A stretch of DNA of 64,000 bases from an uncultured bacterium (GCA_963845185.1 CAWJRG010000001.1:1-64000); one strand, 5' to 3'; counted from the first letter of the stretch, positions 7,159 through 20,661 are shown. Notes: generated from the sequence alone by a model not told the origin. A program made the numbers and translations.

Positions 7159-10100
7159 TTATTTTTCTTCCGCTGCTTTTTCCTTCTTTGCCTTCCTCGC
7201 TGTTTTTTTCTTCTCGATTTCCTTGAATTTCTTGAACTCCTCAACGCCCGTGCCTGCAGATATCAAATGGCCTATAATGACGTTTTCTTTCAGGCCTTTT
7301 AACTTGTCTATTTTCCCGTTAACCGCCGCGTCTATCAGGATTCTTGTGGTTTCCTGGAACGATGCAGCGGATATGAAACTCTCGGTAGAAAGCGCGGCTT
7401 TTGTTATTCCTAGAAGCAGCGGCCTCACTTTAGCGGTCTTTTTGTCAGCCTTGTCCATCTTGTCATTTTCGCGTTTTAATTCAAACCTGTCCACCTGCTC
7501 GTCTATCAGGAACCTGGTATCGCCCGGGTCCTCTATTTTTATTTTTTTCATCATCTGGCGTATAATTACCTCTATGTGCTTGTCATGGATGGTAACGCCC
7601 TGCAACCTGTAAACTTCCTGTATTTTGTTCAGCAAATATTCCTGAACCGCGTTTTCACCCTGTACAGCAAGTATGTCATGAGGATTTATATTGCCATCTA
7701 TGAGCTGCTCGCCTGCTTTCACGAAATCGCCTTCCCTAACGTTCAGGTATTTTCCGTGAGGTATGTTGTATTCGCGCTGTGTACCGTCATCGTTTTGTAT
7801 TATTATTTTCCTTATGCCCGAGGACGTCTCTTCAAACATTACCTTGCCGTCGATTTCGCTGATTATAGCCGGTGTCTTGGGTTTCCTTGCCTCAAAAAGT
7901 TCGGCGACCCTGGGCAGGCCTCCGGTGATATCCCTTGTCTTTGTAAGCTCACGCGGGAATTTCGCCAGTACCTGACCCTGTTTTACTTTATGGCCGTCTT
8001 CCACGTCAAGCTTGGCTCCCACAGGTATGGAATAAGAAGCCATTATTTCAAGCTTATCGTTAACTATATTTATATGCGGATATTTCCTTTCCTTGCTTTC
8101 AATAATAAACTTCCCGTACTGACCGGTCGTTACATCGGCCTGCTCTATCATCGTGGTTCCCTCGATGATATCGTCAAACTGAACCTTTCCCTCTTTTTCT
8201 GTAAATATCGGAATATTGTAAAGGTCCCATAAGGCAATTACCGAGCTTGTAGCAACCTTTGCCCCGTCCTTAACTTTTAAGATGGTCCCGTAAGGTATGT
8301 GGTGAAGCTCTCTTTCGACGTTATTCTCGTCATATACGCTCACTTCACCGTTCCTGTTTGTAACGATTATATCGCCTTCCTCGTTCTGCACGTATTTCAG
8401 GTTGTTAAACCTGATAATACCGTCGTGGTTTGCCTTTATTTCAGACTGCTCTACAACCCTGCTTGCCGTGCCGCCGATATGGAAAGTCCTGAGCGTAAGC
8501 TGAGTCCCCGGCTCTCCTATTGACTGGGCCGCTATTATACCCACTGCTTCGCCAAGCTCGACGAAATTTCCGGTCGTAAGGTCTGACCCGTAGCATTTTG
8601 AGCAGCAACCTGTCCTTGCCTCGCAGGTAAGGACCGAGCGTACCCTTATCCTCTCATAACCGGCTTCCTCTATTTTCTTGGCTATGTGCGGTGTTATCAT
8701 GTCGTTTGCCTTCACTATTACCTCGTCTGTAATAAGGTCAACGACGTTGTCAAGAGCAACTCGCCATGCTATCCTCTCAGAAAGCGGCTCTATCACTTCT
8801 CCGCCTTCCCGTATGGCAGTAACGTTAATTCCGTTGATTGTGCCGCAGTCATCCTCGGTAACAATGACATCCTGCGCCACGTCAACAAGCCTGCGCGTGA
8901 GATACCCTGCGTCGGCAGTCTTTAAAGCCGTGTCCGCAAGGCCCTTTCTCGCGCCGTGCGTGGATATGAAATATTCCAGCACCGTCAGGCCCTCCCTGAA
9001 ATTTGATTTAATCGGAGTCTCGATTATTTCGCCCACTCCTCCTGTTACTTTCTTCTGCGGTTTTGACATCAGCCCTCTCATGCCTGCAAGCTGCCTTATC
9101 TGCAGTTTGCTTCCCCTTGAGCCTGAATCGGCCATCATAAAAACAGGGTTGAAACCTTCATGGTCTTCGGCAAGCTCTTTCAACATGGATTCGGCCACCC
9201 TGTCAGTCACCGTGGTCCATATGTCTATAATCTTGTTGTACCTCTCGCCGTCAGTGATTATGCCTTTCTCGTATTGTTTCCTGATATTCATAGCTTCCTT
9301 ATCAGCTTCTCTTACTATTTTTTTCTTTTCCTCCGGTATTTTTAAATCCTCGACGCCTATTGTGATTCCGGCAATTGTCGCGTATCTAAAACCGAGTTCT
9401 TTCATCTTGTCGAGCACAACCGCAGCCATTCCCGAGTCGTATTTTTCAAATATGGTCCCGACCACGTTACCGAGCTGTTTCCTGTCCATTTTGGCGTTGA
9501 TATATTCCATGCCTTCAGGAAGGATTTCGTTGAAAATTATCCTTCCTATGGTTGTTTCTATCTTTTTAGCTTTCATCCTTACTATTATGCTCTCATGCAA
9601 ATCTATTTCTTCCTGGTCAAAGGCAATTAATGCCTCGGACTTGTCGTAAAACATTTTCTTTACCGGCGGCTGCTGGACTCTGTCTTTTGTCAAATAATAA
9701 ATCCCGAGTACCACGTCCTGGTTCGGCACTATGATCGGCTTGCCGCTGGCAGGGGAAAGTATATTTTGCGAAGCAAGCATAAGGAATCTCGCTTCTATCT
9801 GCGCCTCATAAGAAAGCGGCACGTGCACCGCCATCTGGTCGCCGTCAAAATCCGCGTTAAAACCGCTGCAAACAAGCGGATGCAGAGTTATCGCGTTTCC
9901 TTCCACAATCATCGGCACAAAAGCCTGGATCGAATGCCTGTGAAGCGTGGGTGCCCTGTTTAAAAGCACAAGGTGGTCCTGCAATATGTCCTCGAGTATG
10001 TCCCAAACCTCGGAGCGTACATGCTCAACCATCTTTTTCGCGCTCTTTATAGTGTATCCCATTTCCTGCACTTTATTTATGATAAACGGCTTGAACAATT

Positions 10101-11295
10101 CAAGCGCTATTTTTTTCGGCAGCCCGCACTGGTGCAGCTTGAGCGTTGGCCCGACAACAACCACAGACCTTCCTGAATAGTCTACCCTTTTACCCAGGAG
10201 GTTCTGCCTGAACCTGCCCTGCTTGCCTTTTAACATGTCGCTTAAGGATTTCAACGGCCTATTTCTTGCCCCTCTGACCGGATGCCCGCGCCTTCCGTTG
10301 TCAAAAAGCGCGTCCACAGCCTCCTGAATCATCCTTTTTTCATTTTTGATTATCAGGTCAGGCGAATTTATGCTGATAAGCTTTCTAAGCCTGTTGTTCC
10401 TGTTTATAATTCTCCTGTATAAGTCGTTTAAATCCGAAGTAACAAACCTTCCGCCGTCAAGCTGGACGAGCGGCCTTAATTCCGGCGGTATCACAGGAAG
10501 CACCTCGAGAATCATCCAGTCCGGCTTGTTTGCCGATTTCCTGAACGCCTCGACTACCTTCAGCCTTTTTATAATGTCCTTTTTCTTTTGAAGCGAAACA
10601 GTCCTGACAAGGTCTTTTCTCAAATCTTTTGCCAGCTTATCTATGTCCACTTCCTTTAAAAGCTGCCTTACCGCTTCAGCGCCTATCTTTACCTCAACAC
10701 TGTCGCCGTATTTTTCCTTTATTTTAATATAATCATCTTCGGACAAAAGTTCGTGTCTTTTTACTTCTTCCGTGCCTTTTACGTTGGTAATTATATAATT
10801 CTCATAATAAACAACCCGTTCAAGGTTTCTCATTGATATATTTAACAAATAGGACAGCTTGCTCGGTATGCCTTTCAAATACCAGATATGAACCACCGGC
10901 ACTGCAAGTTCTATATGCCCCATTCTTTCCCTTCTTACCTTGGCTTCCGTGACCTCGACCCCGCACTTGTCACATACAACGCCTTTATATCTCTGCTTCT
11001 TGTATTTGCCGCAGGCGCACTCGTAATCCTTTGTAGGCCCGAATATCCTCTCGCAAAAAAGCCCCTCAAACTCAGGTTTAAACGTCCTATAATTTATCGT
11101 TTCCGGTTTTTTTACTTCGCCCCTGGACCAGTCCCTGATTATTTCCGGGGAAGCCAGCGCTATCCTCATGCCGTTAAAATCAATTTCTTTTATCTTCTGT
11201 TCTTCCTGAGGTTTTAAAAGCTCGCTTAAATTTATGGTTATTTTTTCTTTTGCTTTTACCTTTTTCTTGTCTTCTTTTTCTTTTTTCTTTGGCAT
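7159..11295 (-). CDS. rpoC: RNA polymerase beta' subunit
   Basis: [12 protein letters not shown] catalytic motif, Zn ribbons, [13 protein letters not shown] and [11 protein letters not shown]. Confidence 0.99.
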   Translation of the reverse strand: MPKKKEKEDKKKVKAKEKITINLSELLKPQEEQKIKEIDFNGMRIALASPEIIRDWSRGEVKKPETINYRTFKPEFEGLFCERIFGPTKDYECACGKYKKQRYKGVVCDKCGVEVTEAKVRRERMGHIELAVPVVHIWYLKGIPSKLSYLLNISMRNLERVVYYENYIITNVKGTEEVKRHELLSEDDYIKIKEKYGDSVEVKIGAEAVRQLLKEVDIDKLAKDLRKDLVRTVSLQKKKDIIKRLKVVEAFRKSANKPDWMILEVLPVIPPELRPLVQLDGGRFVTSDLNDLYRRIINRNNRLRKLISINSPDLIIKNEKRMIQEAVDALFDNGRRGHPVRGARNRPLKSLSDMLKGKQGRFRQNLLGKRVDYSGRSVVVVGPTLKLHQCGLPKKIALELFKPFIINKVQEMGYTIKSAKKMVEHVRSEVWDILEDILQDHLVLLNRAPTLHRHSIQAFVPMIVEGNAITLHPLVCSGFNADFDGDQMAVHVPLSYEAQIEARFLMLASQNILSPASGKPIIVPNQDVVLGIYYLTKDRVQQPPVKKMFYDKSEALIAFDQEEIDLHESIIVRMKAKKIETTIGRIIFNEILPEGMEYINAKMDRKQLGNVVGTIFEKYDSGMAAVVLDKMKELGFRYATIAGITIGVEDLKIPEEKKKIVREADKEAMNIRKQYEKGIITDGERYNKIIDIWTTVTDRVAESMLKELAEDHEGFNPVFMMADSGSRGSKLQIRQLAGMRGLMSKPQKKVTGGVGEIIETPIKSNFREGLTVLEYFISTHGARKGLADTALKTADAGYLTRRLVDVAQDVIVTEDDCGTINGINVTAIREGGEVIEPLSERIAWRVALDNVVDLITDEVIVKANDMITPHIAKKIEEAGYERIRVRSVLTCEARTGCCSKCYGSDLTTGNFVELGEAVGIIAAQSIGEPGTQLTLRTFHIGGTASRVVEQSEIKANHDGIIRFNNLKYVQNEEGDIIVTNRNGEVSVYDENNVERELHHIPYGTILKVKDGAKVATSSVIALWDLYNIPIFTEKEGKVQFDDIIEGTTMIEQADVTTGQYGKFIIESKERKYPHINIVNDKLEIMASYSIPVGAKLDVEDGHKVKQGQVLAKFPRELTKTRDITGGLPRVAELFEARKPKTPAIISEIDGKVMFEETSSGIRKIIIQNDDGTQREYNIPHGKYLNVREGDFVKAGEQLIDGNINPHDILAVQGENAVQEYLLNKIQEVYRLQGVTIHDKHIEVIIRQMMKKIKIEDPGDTRFLIDEQVDRFELKRENDKMDKADKKTAKVRPLLLGITKAALSTESFISAASFQETTRILIDAAVNGKIDKLKGLKENVIIGHLISAGTGVEEFKKFKEIEKKKTARKAKKEKAAEEK

Positions 11296-11313
11296 ATATT
11301 ATACCACCTCTGG

Positions 11314-14300
11314 TTAATTATTTTCTTTTTTGCTTTTTCTTTTTATAAGCTCTACATTGAGCGCAAGCCCCTGCAGCTCTTTTACAAGTACGTTAAACGA
11401 CTCCGGTATGCCAGGCTCGGGTATGTTCTTTCCCCTGACTATTGCTTCGTACAGCCTTTTCCTGCCCTCCACATCGTCCGATTTCACCGTGAGCATTTCC
11501 TGCAGGGTGTAAGCCGCGCCGTAGGCCTCGAGTGCCCAAACTTCCATTTCACCGAACCTTTGCCCGCCGAACTGCGCTTTTCCGCCAAGCGGCTGCTGGG
11601 TAATCAACGAATACGGCCCTATTGACCTAGCATGTATCTTATCGTCGACCATATGTATAAGTTTCATAATATACATGACTCCGACGGTTACTTTTGATTT
11701 GAAAGGCTCTCCCGTCCTGCCGTCGTAAAGCATGGTTTTACCATCTTCCGCCATCTCGGCTTTTTTAAGCCATTCCTTTACCTCTTCCTCGGACATCCCG
11801 TTAAAAACCGGCGTCATGAACTTAACTCCCAGTTTTTTTGCAGCGCTGCCAAGATGAGTTTCCAGCAGCTGGCCGACGTTCATTCGGGAAGGAACGCCGA
11901 GCGGATTTAATACGATATCCACCGGCCTGCCGTCCGGCAGGTAGGGCATATCCTCCACTGGCAGTATCTTTGAAATAACGCCTTTATTTCCGTGCCTTCC
12001 GGATAGTTTGTCGCCTACCGATATTTTCCTTTTTTTCGCTATAAGTACCTTGACGAGTTTTATAACTCCCGGAGGCAGGTCGTCGCCTTTCACGGTTTTC
12101 TTTTCCCTGAATTCATTTTCCGCCTGTTCTTTTTTAAACTCGTAATATGCTTCCTCTAATTCTTTCAGTTTATTTTTTTCATCTCTTGATACATCAAGCG
12201 CCTCTATCTCTTTTATTTTTTCCTTTGCTCTTATGTCAAGTTCCTGAATTAATTTATCCTTTTCCTTTTTCAGCTTGTCAACCTTTTCTTCCTCTTTTGC
12301 CTTTCCCTTGCTGCGCTCTTTTCTTGCAAAAATGTTTATTCCTATTATTATCCCTTCTATCCCGGGAGGAACCCTTAAGGAAGTATCCTTTACGTTGTCG
12401 GCTTTCGAACCAAATATTGCCTTAAGTAATTTTTCTTCGGGCGTGAGATTACTTCCTGAAATAGGCGTAACTTTTCCCACCAGTATATCCCCCGGTTTAA
12501 CTTTCGCTCCAATCCTCACTATGCCTTCCACATCAAGGTTTTTTAATGAATCTTCGCTTACGTTTGGTATATCCCTTGTTACTTCTTCGGGCCCAAGCTT
12601 TGTGTCGCGCGCTTCTATTTCATATTCTTCCACGTGAACCGAAGTATGGGTGTCGTTTTTAAGCATGTTTTCGCTGATTACTATGGCATCCTCATAGTTA
12701 TACCCGTTCCACGGCATTAACGCCACGATTACATTTTTGCCGAGTGCAAGCTCACCTTTTTCCATGGACGGACCATCAGCTATAACGTCTCCTCGTTTTA
12801 CCCTGTCGCCTTTTTTGACAAGGGCTCTCTCATTTATGCTTGTATCCTGATTTGTCCTTTTGAATTTTTTAAGAGTGTATACATCCATCCTCTCCTTTAC
12901 ATTCTTATCGTCTTTGTCATCCCTCAATATTATAATGACATTGGCGTCTACAAAAGCTACTGTGCCCGCATTTTTCGCAATAACTGCCCTTCCCGAATCG
13001 CATGCGGCCTTATATTCCATGCCCGTGCCGACAAGCGGTGATTCAGTGACTAAAAGCGGCACTGCCTGGCGCTGCATGTTTGATCCCATAAGCGCCCTGT
13101 TTGCATCGTCATGCTCAAGGAAAGGTATCAAGGAGGCCGCCACGCTCACAACCTGTTTGGGCGACACGTCTATGTAATCCACGTTATCAGGCGGTACCAC
13201 TGGGAAGTCGCCTTTATACCTTACAAGCACAACTTCGTCAGTGATTTTACCCTTTTCATCGGTACCTATATCAGCCGGTCCTATGCGGTATTTGTCTTCC
13301 TCGTCAGCGGTTAAATATTCTATTATATCTGTCAGCCCCGAGTTTTTTACCTTCCTGTAAGGAGTCTCGATAAACCCATGCTCATTAACTCTTGCGTATG
13401 TCGCAAGGGAAGTTATAAGGCCGATGTTCTGGCCTTCCGGGGTTTCTATTGGGCAAAGCCTGCCGTAATGAGTGTAGTGGACATCGCGTACCTCAAACCC
13501 GGCGCGTTCCCTGTTTAAACCGCCCGGTCCAAGTGCCGATATCCTTCGTTTGTGCGTAAGTTCGGCGAGCGGGTTTACCTGGTCCATGAATTGTGATAAC
13601 TGGCTTGATCCGAAAAATTCTTTTATAGCCGCTATCAAAGGTTTGGGGTTTATAAGATTTGCCGGTATGGCGTTTTTCATATCTATTATGGTCATTCTTT
13701 CCCTAATCATTTTTTCCACGCGCACCAGTCCCACCCTGAACTGGTTTTCAACAAGCTCCCCGACCGACCTTACCCTTCGGTTCCCAAGGTGGTCAATGTC
13801 ACTCTTTTCCTCCTGGCTTGCGTTTATTTCAAGGAATTTTTTCATGACAGCCACTATGTCTTCCTTCGTGAGAACTTTCTCGTTTTCATCGACTTTTAAA
13901 CCCAGAAGTTTATTGAGCTTATATCTTCCTACTTCGCTTAAATTATACCTTTTGGAGTCAAAAAACAGGTTTTTAAAAAGTGTCTTCGCGCCTGAAAGCG
14001 TGGCAGGCTCCCCAGGTCTCATTTTTCTGTGGATTTCTATTAGGGCTTCCTCAGTGGTTTTAATGCTGTCTTTTTTAAGCGTTTTTAAAACATTCATATA
14101 AGGATTTTCTTCGTTGAATTTTAAAACAGTAACTTTTTTAATTTCTGCTTTTCTGATTTTATCCACGAGTTCTTTTGTTATGAGCGTTCCCGCCTCTGCC
14201 ATTATTTCGCCCGTGCTTTTGTCTATTACGTCTTTTGCAAGCACTTTCTGGTATAAATCTTTGTCTTCACCTTCAAGTGCCTCGTTTTCAAAAAACATGG

Positions 14301-14964
14301 AAAGTATTTCCTCGTTTGTGGAAAAACCCTGCACCATTGCCCTCAATATCGTCGTCGCATAAAATTTTTTCTTTCTGTCAAGCTTCACGTGTACAAGCTC
14401 GTTGGCATCGTATTCGAATTCTATCCATGTACCCCTGTAAGGTACTATCCTTGCGACATATGAAGTCGTTCCGCTTATTATGCTTTCCTCTTCCTCTTCG
14501 TAGCTGACCCCCGGCGAACGGTGAAGCTGGCTTACTATAACCCTTTCGGCGCCGTTGATAACAAAAGTCCCCCTGTCAGTCATCAGCGGAATATCGCTTA
14601 AATGTACCGCCTGTTCCGGCAGCTCTTTTATCTCAAGTTCCTTGCTCTTGTCGTTGCTTTCTTTTATGGCAAGTCTGAATATGCCTTTTAGAGGCGCTGC
14701 GTATGATTCCCCTCTTTCTATGCAATCCTCGACATTATGTTTGGGTTTGCCAAATTCATATCCTACGAATTGCAGGGTATATATGCCGTTATAGTCGGAT
14801 ATAGGAAATACGCTGTTGAATACTTCCTGCAGGCCGGAATTTTTTCTTTTGTCGGCAGGCACATCAAACATCAGGAACTCATCATAAGATTTTTTTTGGA
14901 TTTCCATTAAATCAGGGATTTCAAGGATTTCCTCTATATTGGTTTTTTGTTTGATTCTTGCCAT
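11314..14964 (-). CDS. rpoB: RNA polymerase beta subunit
   Basis: [31 protein letters not shown] and [14 protein letters not shown]. Confidence 0.99.
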   Translation of the reverse strand: MARIKQKTNIEEILEIPDLMEIQKKSYDEFLMFDVPADKRKNSGLQEVFNSVFPISDYNGIYTLQFVGYEFGKPKHNVEDCIERGESYAAPLKGIFRLAIKESNDKSKELEIKELPEQAVHLSDIPLMTDRGTFVINGAERVIVSQLHRSPGVSYEEEEESIISGTTSYVARIVPYRGTWIEFEYDANELVHVKLDRKKKFYATTILRAMVQGFSTNEEILSMFFENEALEGEDKDLYQKVLAKDVIDKSTGEIMAEAGTLITKELVDKIRKAEIKKVTVLKFNEENPYMNVLKTLKKDSIKTTEEALIEIHRKMRPGEPATLSGAKTLFKNLFFDSKRYNLSEVGRYKLNKLLGLKVDENEKVLTKEDIVAVMKKFLEINASQEEKSDIDHLGNRRVRSVGELVENQFRVGLVRVEKMIRERMTIIDMKNAIPANLINPKPLIAAIKEFFGSSQLSQFMDQVNPLAELTHKRRISALGPGGLNRERAGFEVRDVHYTHYGRLCPIETPEGQNIGLITSLATYARVNEHGFIETPYRKVKNSGLTDIIEYLTADEEDKYRIGPADIGTDEKGKITDEVVLVRYKGDFPVVPPDNVDYIDVSPKQVVSVAASLIPFLEHDDANRALMGSNMQRQAVPLLVTESPLVGTGMEYKAACDSGRAVIAKNAGTVAFVDANVIIILRDDKDDKNVKERMDVYTLKKFKRTNQDTSINERALVKKGDRVKRGDVIADGPSMEKGELALGKNVIVALMPWNGYNYEDAIVISENMLKNDTHTSVHVEEYEIEARDTKLGPEEVTRDIPNVSEDSLKNLDVEGIVRIGAKVKPGDILVGKVTPISGSNLTPEEKLLKAIFGSKADNVKDTSLRVPPGIEGIIIGINIFARKERSKGKAKEEEKVDKLKKEKDKLIQELDIRAKEKIKEIEALDVSRDEKNKLKELEEAYYEFKKEQAENEFREKKTVKGDDLPPGVIKLVKVLIAKKRKISVGDKLSGRHGNKGVISKILPVEDMPYLPDGRPVDIVLNPLGVPSRMNVGQLLETHLGSAAKKLGVKFMTPVFNGMSEEEVKEWLKKAEMAEDGKTMLYDGRTGEPFKSKVTVGVMYIMKLIHMVDDKIHARSIGPYSLITQQPLGGKAQFGGQRFGEMEVWALEAYGAAYTLQEMLTVKSDDVEGRKRLYEAIVRGKNIPEPGIPESFNVLVKELQGLALNVELIKRKSKKENN

Positions 14965-15082
14965 ATTGCTCCTTCCTGTAACTTGATTTTTAGGAATAAA
15001 TTTCTTAACAAAACAGACTAAACCAGGAAATCTCTTACACTAAGCTGTGACAGTAAAAATCATATTTAAAATAAAGCATGCC

Positions 15083-15469
15083 TTACTTGATTTCTACAGC
15101 CGCACCGACTTCCTCGAGTTTTGCTTTCATTTTGTCCGCTTCTTCCTTTGATGCGCCTTCTTTTACAGGCTTTGGAGCTCCCTCAACCAGATCTTTCGCT
15201 TCTTTTAATCCAAGGTTTGTAAGTTCCCTAACAACCTTTATTACCTGAATCTTTTTGTCGCCAACCGCCTTTAAAATCACGTCGAACGCGGTTTTTTCCT
15301 CGGCAGCTACCGCTCCGGCAGCCGCTCCTCCAGCAACTGCACCACCCATAATAACCGGTGCGGCGGCTGTTACGCCGAATTTTTCCTCAATTGCTTTTAC
15401 AAGTTCGTTCAGTTCCATCACAGACATACTTTCAATTTCCTTAATAAAATCTTCCTTTGACATTGCCAT
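15083..15469 (-). CDS. rplL: 50S ribosomal protein L7/L12
   Basis: [20 protein letters not shown] and [11 protein letters not shown]. Confidence 0.98.
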   Translation of the reverse strand: MAMSKEDFIKEIESMSVMELNELVKAIEEKFGVTAAAPVIMGGAVAGGAAAGAVAAEEKTAFDVILKAVGDKKIQVIKVVRELTNLGLKEAKDLVEGAPKPVKEGASKEEADKMKAKLEEVGAAVEIK

Positions 15470-15507
15470 GATATGGCACCTCCTTGAATTTTTTCTTTTT
15501 TCTTAGT

Positions 15508-16035
15508 TTATTTCCCTTCTTTTTTATCGGAAACTGCTTTCAAGCTATATACTATTTTTCTCTTTGGAGACGATAAAGCTCCGACCAGCCTGTAAAGAGG
15601 CTGTTTCAAAAGTCCGACAAGCTTTGCTACGAGCTCCTCTTTTGAGTTAAGTTTCGATATTTCCTTTATTTCCTTCGCTGTATACGATTTATGTTCTATA
15701 TAACCGACTTTTATCTTTAGGTTTTCGTTCTCGGCCGCAAATTTAGTCAGGACTTTGATAGCAGTAACGTAATCCTTACAAAAAACAAGACCGGTAACGC
15801 CGGTAAAAAAAACCTCCATGTTTGAATTTATGTTGATTTCCTTCAATATCCTCTTTGAAAGGGTATTCTTAATGACTTTATATTTTGCTCCGACTTTTTT
15901 AAGCTCGCGCCTCAACTTATTAAGCTGGGCAACTGTCAACCCTTGGTAATCGGTAATTATTATTGCCGACGATTCCCTGAACATTGATATTGCTTCGCTT
16001 ACCAGAAGTTTCTTTTTTTCACTGTTTGCAGACAT
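15508..16035 (-). CDS. rplJ: 50S ribosomal protein L10
   Basis: DYQGLTVAQLNKLRREL and KVIKNTL; synteny. Confidence 0.96.
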   Translation of the reverse strand: MSANSEKKKLLVSEAISMFRESSAIIITDYQGLTVAQLNKLRRELKKVGAKYKVIKNTLSKRILKEININSNMEVFFTGVTGLVFCKDYVTAIKVLTKFAAENENLKIKVGYIEHKSYTAKEIKEISKLNSKEELVAKLVGLLKQPLYRLVGALSSPKRKIVYSLKAVSDKKEGK

Positions 16036-16049
16036 TTTATTTCACCTCA

Positions 16050-16745
16050 TCACATATACTTTTTGAAATCCAGCGGCAGACCGACTCCCATTGTAGTGGA
16101 AACATACATGCTTTTTACATACTGCCCTTTTGTAGCCAGCGCTGGCATCTTTAAAAAATATTTTATAAAGGCAATGACGTTTTCCGCTATGTTATTTTCA
16201 GGAAAAGAAATCTTGCCGCAGCTTAAATGTACCACGCCATCTTTGTTGCTCCTGAATTCTACTTTGCCCGCTTTAAATTCCTGAACGGCCCTTTTAATAT
16301 CAAAAGTAACCGTGCCGGATTTCGGATTCGGCATAAGCCCCTTTGTTCCAAGTATTTTTCCTAGTTTTCCAACATCTTTCATCATGTCCGGTGTAGCTAT
16401 CGCCACGTCAAAATCAAGCCACCCGCCCTTTATTTTTTCAATAAGGTCTTCCGCTCCCACATATTCCGCGCCCTCATCGCGGGCATCTTTTTCCTTTTCG
16501 CCTTTTACGAATACCAGCACTTTTACTTTTTTACCGCTGCCAAAAGGCAGTACTATGGTACTTCTTATCTGCTGTTCCGCTTGAATTGGTTTTTTCGCAA
16601 GATTGACGGCTATATCAACACTCTCGTCAAACTTGGCATTTGCGGTCTTTTTAAGTACTGTCACGGCATCTTCCACACTGTAGATTTTAGCCGTATCCGT
16701 TATCGCTTTTTTTAATGCCCTGTGCCTTTTGCTTTTTATTTTCAT
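16050..16745 (-). CDS. rplA: 50S ribosomal protein L1
   Basis: AKFDESVDI and [19 protein letters not shown]. Confidence 0.98.
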   Translation of the reverse strand: MKIKSKRHRALKKAITDTAKIYSVEDAVTVLKKTANAKFDESVDIAVNLAKKPIQAEQQIRSTIVLPFGSGKKVKVLVFVKGEKEKDARDEGAEYVGAEDLIEKIKGGWLDFDVAIATPDMMKDVGKLGKILGTKGLMPNPKSGTVTFDIKRAVQEFKAGKVEFRSNKDGVVHLSCGKISFPENNIAENVIAFIKYFLKMPALATKGQYVKSMYVSTTMGVGLPLDFKKYM

Positions 16746-16783
16746 GTCTTTCTCCTGATATTTTTATTTATTGTTTCCGCTTT

Positions 16784-17209
16784 TTATTCCACCGTAATTC
16801 CCATATTTCTTGCCGTGCCTTCTATCATTCTTTTCGCACTTTCAAGGTCGGTTGTATTTAAATCAGGCATTTTTATTTTTGCTATTTCCTCAATCTGAGC
16901 TTTGGTTATTTTGGCAACCTTTTTTTTGTTCGGTTCTCCGGAGCCTTTTATTATATTTGCCTTTTGCTTTAAAAGCACTGCGGCAGGAGGCGTCTTTGTA
17001 ATAAACGTAAAACTCCTGTCTTCAAAAACATCAATTACTACTGGCAGTATTGTTCCGTCCTGGCTTTTGGTCCTGTCGTTAAATTGCTTGCAAAATTCCA
17101 TTATATTTACTCCGTGCTGACCAAGAGCCGGACCTACGGGCGGTGCCGGATTAGCCTTTCCCGCAGGTATCTGCAACTTTATTTGCTTTAAAACTTTTTT
17201 TGGCGGCAT
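16784..17209 (-). CDS. rplK: 50S ribosomal protein L11
   Basis: [26 protein letters not shown]. Confidence 0.99.
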   Translation of the reverse strand: MPPKKVLKQIKLQIPAGKANPAPPVGPALGQHGVNIMEFCKQFNDRTKSQDGTILPVVIDVFEDRSFTFITKTPPAAVLLKQKANIIKGSGEPNKKKVAKITKAQIEEIAKIKMPDLNTTDLESAKRMIEGTARNMGITVE

Positions 17210-17229
17210 AACTTAAACTCCTCCTGACA

Positions 17230-17781
17230 TTAAAGAATCTTTTCAACCTGGCCGAATTCCAGTTCAACAGGCGTCGACCTTCCGAATATGGTAACATTCA
17301 CTTTTAACTTCCCCTTTTCAAGGCTGACTTCCTCAACAACTCCGTTAAAATTCATAAAAGGCCCGTCATTTATCTTGATCTGATCGCCTTCCTCAAAATA
17401 CGAAGCCATCCTAGGTTTTTTCTTTCTGTCCTCCATAAGATCCATTATTTCCTTGACCTCTGGCTCAGAAAGCGGTATGGGCCTTATCTTTGTCCCGACA
17501 AAACCGGTAACCTTTGGGGTGTGCCTTATAATATAGAGGACTTCCTTGCCTTCCTCGCTGTCAATATCAATATCCATTTCCACAAGGATATAGCCCGGAA
17601 AAAACTTCTTATTTCTAATAAGTTTTTTCTTCTTTTTTATCTCGGTTACATTCTCGGATGGTATCAAAACACTGAAAATCTTCTCCGTAAGGTTGTAAGT
17701 AGCTATCCTTTGCAAAAGGTTGTTTCTAACGCTTTCTTCCTGGCCAGCATAAGTACTGACCACATACCATTTTCTCGCCAT
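17230..17781 (-). CDS. nusG: Transcription factor NusG
   Basis: FFPGYILVEM and KOW domain with IFGRSTPVEL. Confidence 0.98.
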   Translation of the reverse strand: MARKWYVVSTYAGQEESVRNNLLQRIATYNLTEKIFSVLIPSENVTEIKKKKKLIRNKKFFPGYILVEMDIDIDSEEGKEVLYIIRHTPKVTGFVGTKIRPIPLSEPEVKEIMDLMEDRKKKPRMASYFEEGDQIKINDGPFMNFNGVVEEVSLEKGKLKVNVTIFGRSTPVELEFGQVEKIL

Positions 17782-17794
17782 TTGTTTGTTTACC

Positions 17795-17977
17795 TCATTT
17801 AAATACGAATCTTACGAGCCTTGTAAGAACAAAATCTATCAATCCTATATAAGTCATTATAAAAATGCTAACTATTATAACAATAATCGTGGATGCAATA
17901 ATTTCTTTTCTCCCAGGCCATGTTACTTTTTTAAGCTCTATCCATGATGTCTTTAAAAATGTTATCAGTTGTTGCAT
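17795..17977 (-). CDS. secE: Preprotein translocase SecE
   Basis: ELKKVTWPGRKE plus one TM helix; ATG 17977 has a GGAG SD. Confidence 0.95.
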   Translation of the reverse strand: MQQLITFLKTSWIELKKVTWPGRKEIIASTIIVIIVSIFIMTYIGLIDFVLTRLVRFVFK

Positions 17978-18035
17978 ATATTCTCCTGTATTGATGTTTA
18001 TGTACTGCAAAATCCCTGCTTATATTGAAAAAAGC

Positions 18036-18113
18036 TGGCAGGCCAGGCAGGATTCGAACCTGCAACTCTCGGTTTTGGAGACCGAAGCTCTAGCCAGTTG
18101 GAGCTACTGGCCT
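18036..18113 (-). tRNA. tRNA-Trp (CCA)
   Basis: Cloverleaf AGGCCAG...GGTCTCCAAAACC...GGTTCGAATCC...CCA. Confidence 0.97.
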
Positions 18114-18187
18114 ACGCTTAAAATCAAGTCTTAAAAATAAAACTCGCGTTTTGCAACTTTCAAGATTAAACATCCAACTTTTAACCG

Positions 18188-18337
18188 TTATTTAGTTTCT
18201 TTGTGAAGAGTATGCTTTCTGCAAAATTTGCAGTACTTTTTAACCCCTAATTTATCAGGATGTTTCGTTTTATTTTTGGTTAAAGTGTAGTTTCTTCTCT
18301 TGCATTCGGAGCATGCCAGAGTAATTATTTCTCTCAT
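18188..18337 (-). CDS. rpmG: 50S ribosomal protein L33 (Zn-binding form)
   Basis: [49 protein letters not shown]; not in the ORF track. Confidence 0.97.
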   Translation of the reverse strand: MREIITLACSECKRRNYTLTKNKTKHPDKLGVKKYCKFCRKHTLHKETK

Positions 18338-18350
18338 TTATTATATATCC

Positions 18351-19553
18351 TCATTCAACTATATCCGTGACAACGCCGGAGCCCACGGTCTTTCCGCCTT
18401 CCCTTATTGCGAACCTTACTTCTTTCTCCATTGCTATCGGCGTTATCAGCTCCACGTCCATCAGCACATTGTCCCCGGGCATTACCATCTCTATCCCTGC
18501 CGGCAACTTTATGCTCCCTGTCACATCCGTTGTCCTGAAATAAAACTGCGGCCGGTAATTGTTAAAAAACGGCGTGTGCCTCCCGCCCTCTTCTTTTGTC
18601 AGTATGTATACTTTCCCTTTGAATTTCTTATGCGGCGTTATCGAACCTGGCTTTGATACTACCTGCCCTCTCTCTATATCCGTCTTCTCTATTCCCCTAA
18701 GCAACAACCCTACATTGTCTCCGGCTATACCTTCGTCCAGCAGTTTCCTGAACATCTCTATTCCTGTCACCACTGTCTTCCTCGTATCCTTTATCCCTAC
18801 TATTTCAACTTCTTCGTTTAATTTTACCTTGCCCCTCTCTATCCTTCCTGTCGCTACTGTTCCCCTGCCGGTTATTGAAAATACATCCTCTATTGCCAAA
18901 AGAAACGGCTTGTCTATGTCCCTTTTCGGCTCTGGTATCTCTGTATCAAGCGCGTTTACAAGGTCTAATATCGGCTTCGACGCCTCTCCATTTGGATCCT
19001 GCAATGCCTTTATTGCCGATCCCCTTATCACTGTTATCTTGTCTCCGGGAAATTCATATTTCGTTAACAGCTCCCTTACCTCTACCTCTACAAGGTCAAG
19101 TATCTCAGGGTCGTCTACTAAATCCACTTTATTTAAAAATACCACTATGTTATGCACTCCTACCTGCCTAGCCAGCAGTATATGCTCCCTTGTCTGCGGC
19201 ATTGGCCCGTCTGCTGCGCTTACTACCAGTATCGCTCCATCCATCTGCGCTGCTCCGGTTATCATGTTCTTTACGTAATCAGCATGCCCAGGGCAATCTA
19301 TGTGTGCGTAATGCCTTTTATCAGTCGAATACTCTACGTGCGATGTCGCTATCGTCAATATCTTTGTCGCATCCCTTCTTCCCTGTGATATCGACGCCTT
19401 TGCCACCTCATCGTACGGTATGTAAGTCGCTAGCCCTTTGGCTGCCATTACTGCTGTTATTGCCGCTGTCAGCGTCGTTTTTCCGTGGTCCACGTGCCCT
19501 ATCGTCCCCACGTTTATATGCGGTTTTGTCCTCTCAAATTTCTGTTTACTCAT
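18351..19553 (-). CDS. tuf: Elongation factor Tu
   Basis: [24 protein letters not shown] and NKVD. Confidence 0.99.
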   Translation of the reverse strand: MSKQKFERTKPHINVGTIGHVDHGKTTLTAAITAVMAAKGLATYIPYDEVAKASISQGRRDATKILTIATSHVEYSTDKRHYAHIDCPGHADYVKNMITGAAQMDGAILVVSAADGPMPQTREHILLARQVGVHNIVVFLNKVDLVDDPEILDLVEVEVRELLTKYEFPGDKITVIRGSAIKALQDPNGEASKPILDLVNALDTEIPEPKRDIDKPFLLAIEDVFSITGRGTVATGRIERGKVKLNEEVEIVGIKDTRKTVVTGIEMFRKLLDEGIAGDNVGLLLRGIEKTDIERGQVVSKPGSITPHKKFKGKVYILTKEEGGRHTPFFNNYRPQFYFRTTDVTGSIKLPAGIEMVMPGDNVLMDVELITPIAMEKEVRFAIREGGKTVGSGVVTDIVE

Positions 19554-19715
19554 CTCTTACCTCCATCATTCTTGTGATATTAGTTTTTCAAATAAATTAA
19601 TTTTATCTTTACGTCCGTTGGCCGACGTTTATTTTTTACGCATTATCTGCTTTTATTTTATTTATTTATAAAGCAACAAATTATTATTAAAAAATTTGTT
19701 TTGCAAATTTGCACA

Positions 19716-19794
19716 TGGAGCCCACGACCGGAGTTGAACCGGTGACCTCATCCTTACCAAGGATGTGCTCTAACCACGGCTGAGCTACATGGGC
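19716..19794 (-). tRNA. tRNA-Thr (GGT)
   Basis: GCCCATG...CATCCTTGGTAAGGATG...GGTTCAACTCC...CCA. Confidence 0.96.
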
Positions 19795-19964
19795 ATTTTT
19801 TATATTAAAACATAATATATAAAAAAATAAAAAAAATACACCAATGTGTCACTTTTGCTTAGCTATAATATGTATTTACATTATAAATATTTTTTGTTTT
19901 CTTAATTCTTATGGATAATAAAAATTTAATATGTCTGAAAACAAATATAATTTCAAGAAGTTAA

Positions 19965-19993
19965 AATTTATCAAAATTTATATATTTTGTCAA
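19965..19993 (-). promoter_or_regulatory. Probable sigma70 promoter for tRNA-Thr/tuf
   Basis: TTGACA-17 bp-TAAATT with an AT-rich upstream region. Confidence 0.5.
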
Positions 19994-20070
19994 GAAAAAA
20001 ATGAAAAAATGATTGAAATTAATAATCCCATAGTTGCATACTTTTGACAGGGTAAATCTCCAAATCAAAA

Positions 20071-20661
20071 CTATTCTTCTTGTTGTTGCGCCTGTTCGTA
20101 TGATAATTCCATAACAGTCTCAAAATTCTCTCCATGCAAAAATAGGGTTATTATTGAAGTATCGCTTTGCCATTGAGATGTTATTGTCATGTATCCCATG
20201 CTTATTGCCGACCACTTATCCTGGGCGCTGTTTTTATAAGCATCGTTCAGCCAAGTCTTATTGTCATCGGTACCCGGTTCGCCGTACCTCTGCGATAACA
20301 AGTTTTTAAAGTTCTTGTAAATATCCCAAAAATTGCTCTTATTAACAAATTGCTTATTAAAAATATAACGCCCTTTGATTAAATAATCATCTGAAAATTC
20401 ATACATTATTGAACATTGTATATTATTTAATTTGCCTTCATAAATCAATATGTTGTCACCCATCATTCCGGCATATTTGTTTCTTTCTTTTGACTGCACT
20501 TGTTTTTGGGTCATCCCCCAATTCATATTCCTGAAATCAGCTTTGTTGTCGAGCATCGCGTCTATTTTTTTATCAAGAATTGATTTTGGGTCGGCATAAA
20601 GTGCATTTAATCCGCCAAAAAGAAACAATACAAGATTGACTAAAACAAAAATATTTTTCAT
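20071..20661 (-). CDS. Exported hypothetical protein
   Basis: Signal peptide, FRNMNWGMT motif and GGAGG SD. Confidence 0.8.
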   Translation of the reverse strand: MKNIFVLVNLVLFLFGGLNALYADPKSILDKKIDAMLDNKADFRNMNWGMTQKQVQSKERNKYAGMMGDNILIYEGKLNNIQCSIMYEFSDDYLIKGRYIFNKQFVNKSNFWDIYKNFKNLLSQRYGEPGTDDNKTWLNDAYKNSAQDKWSAISMGYMTITSQWQSDTSIITLFLHGENFETVMELSYEQAQQQEE

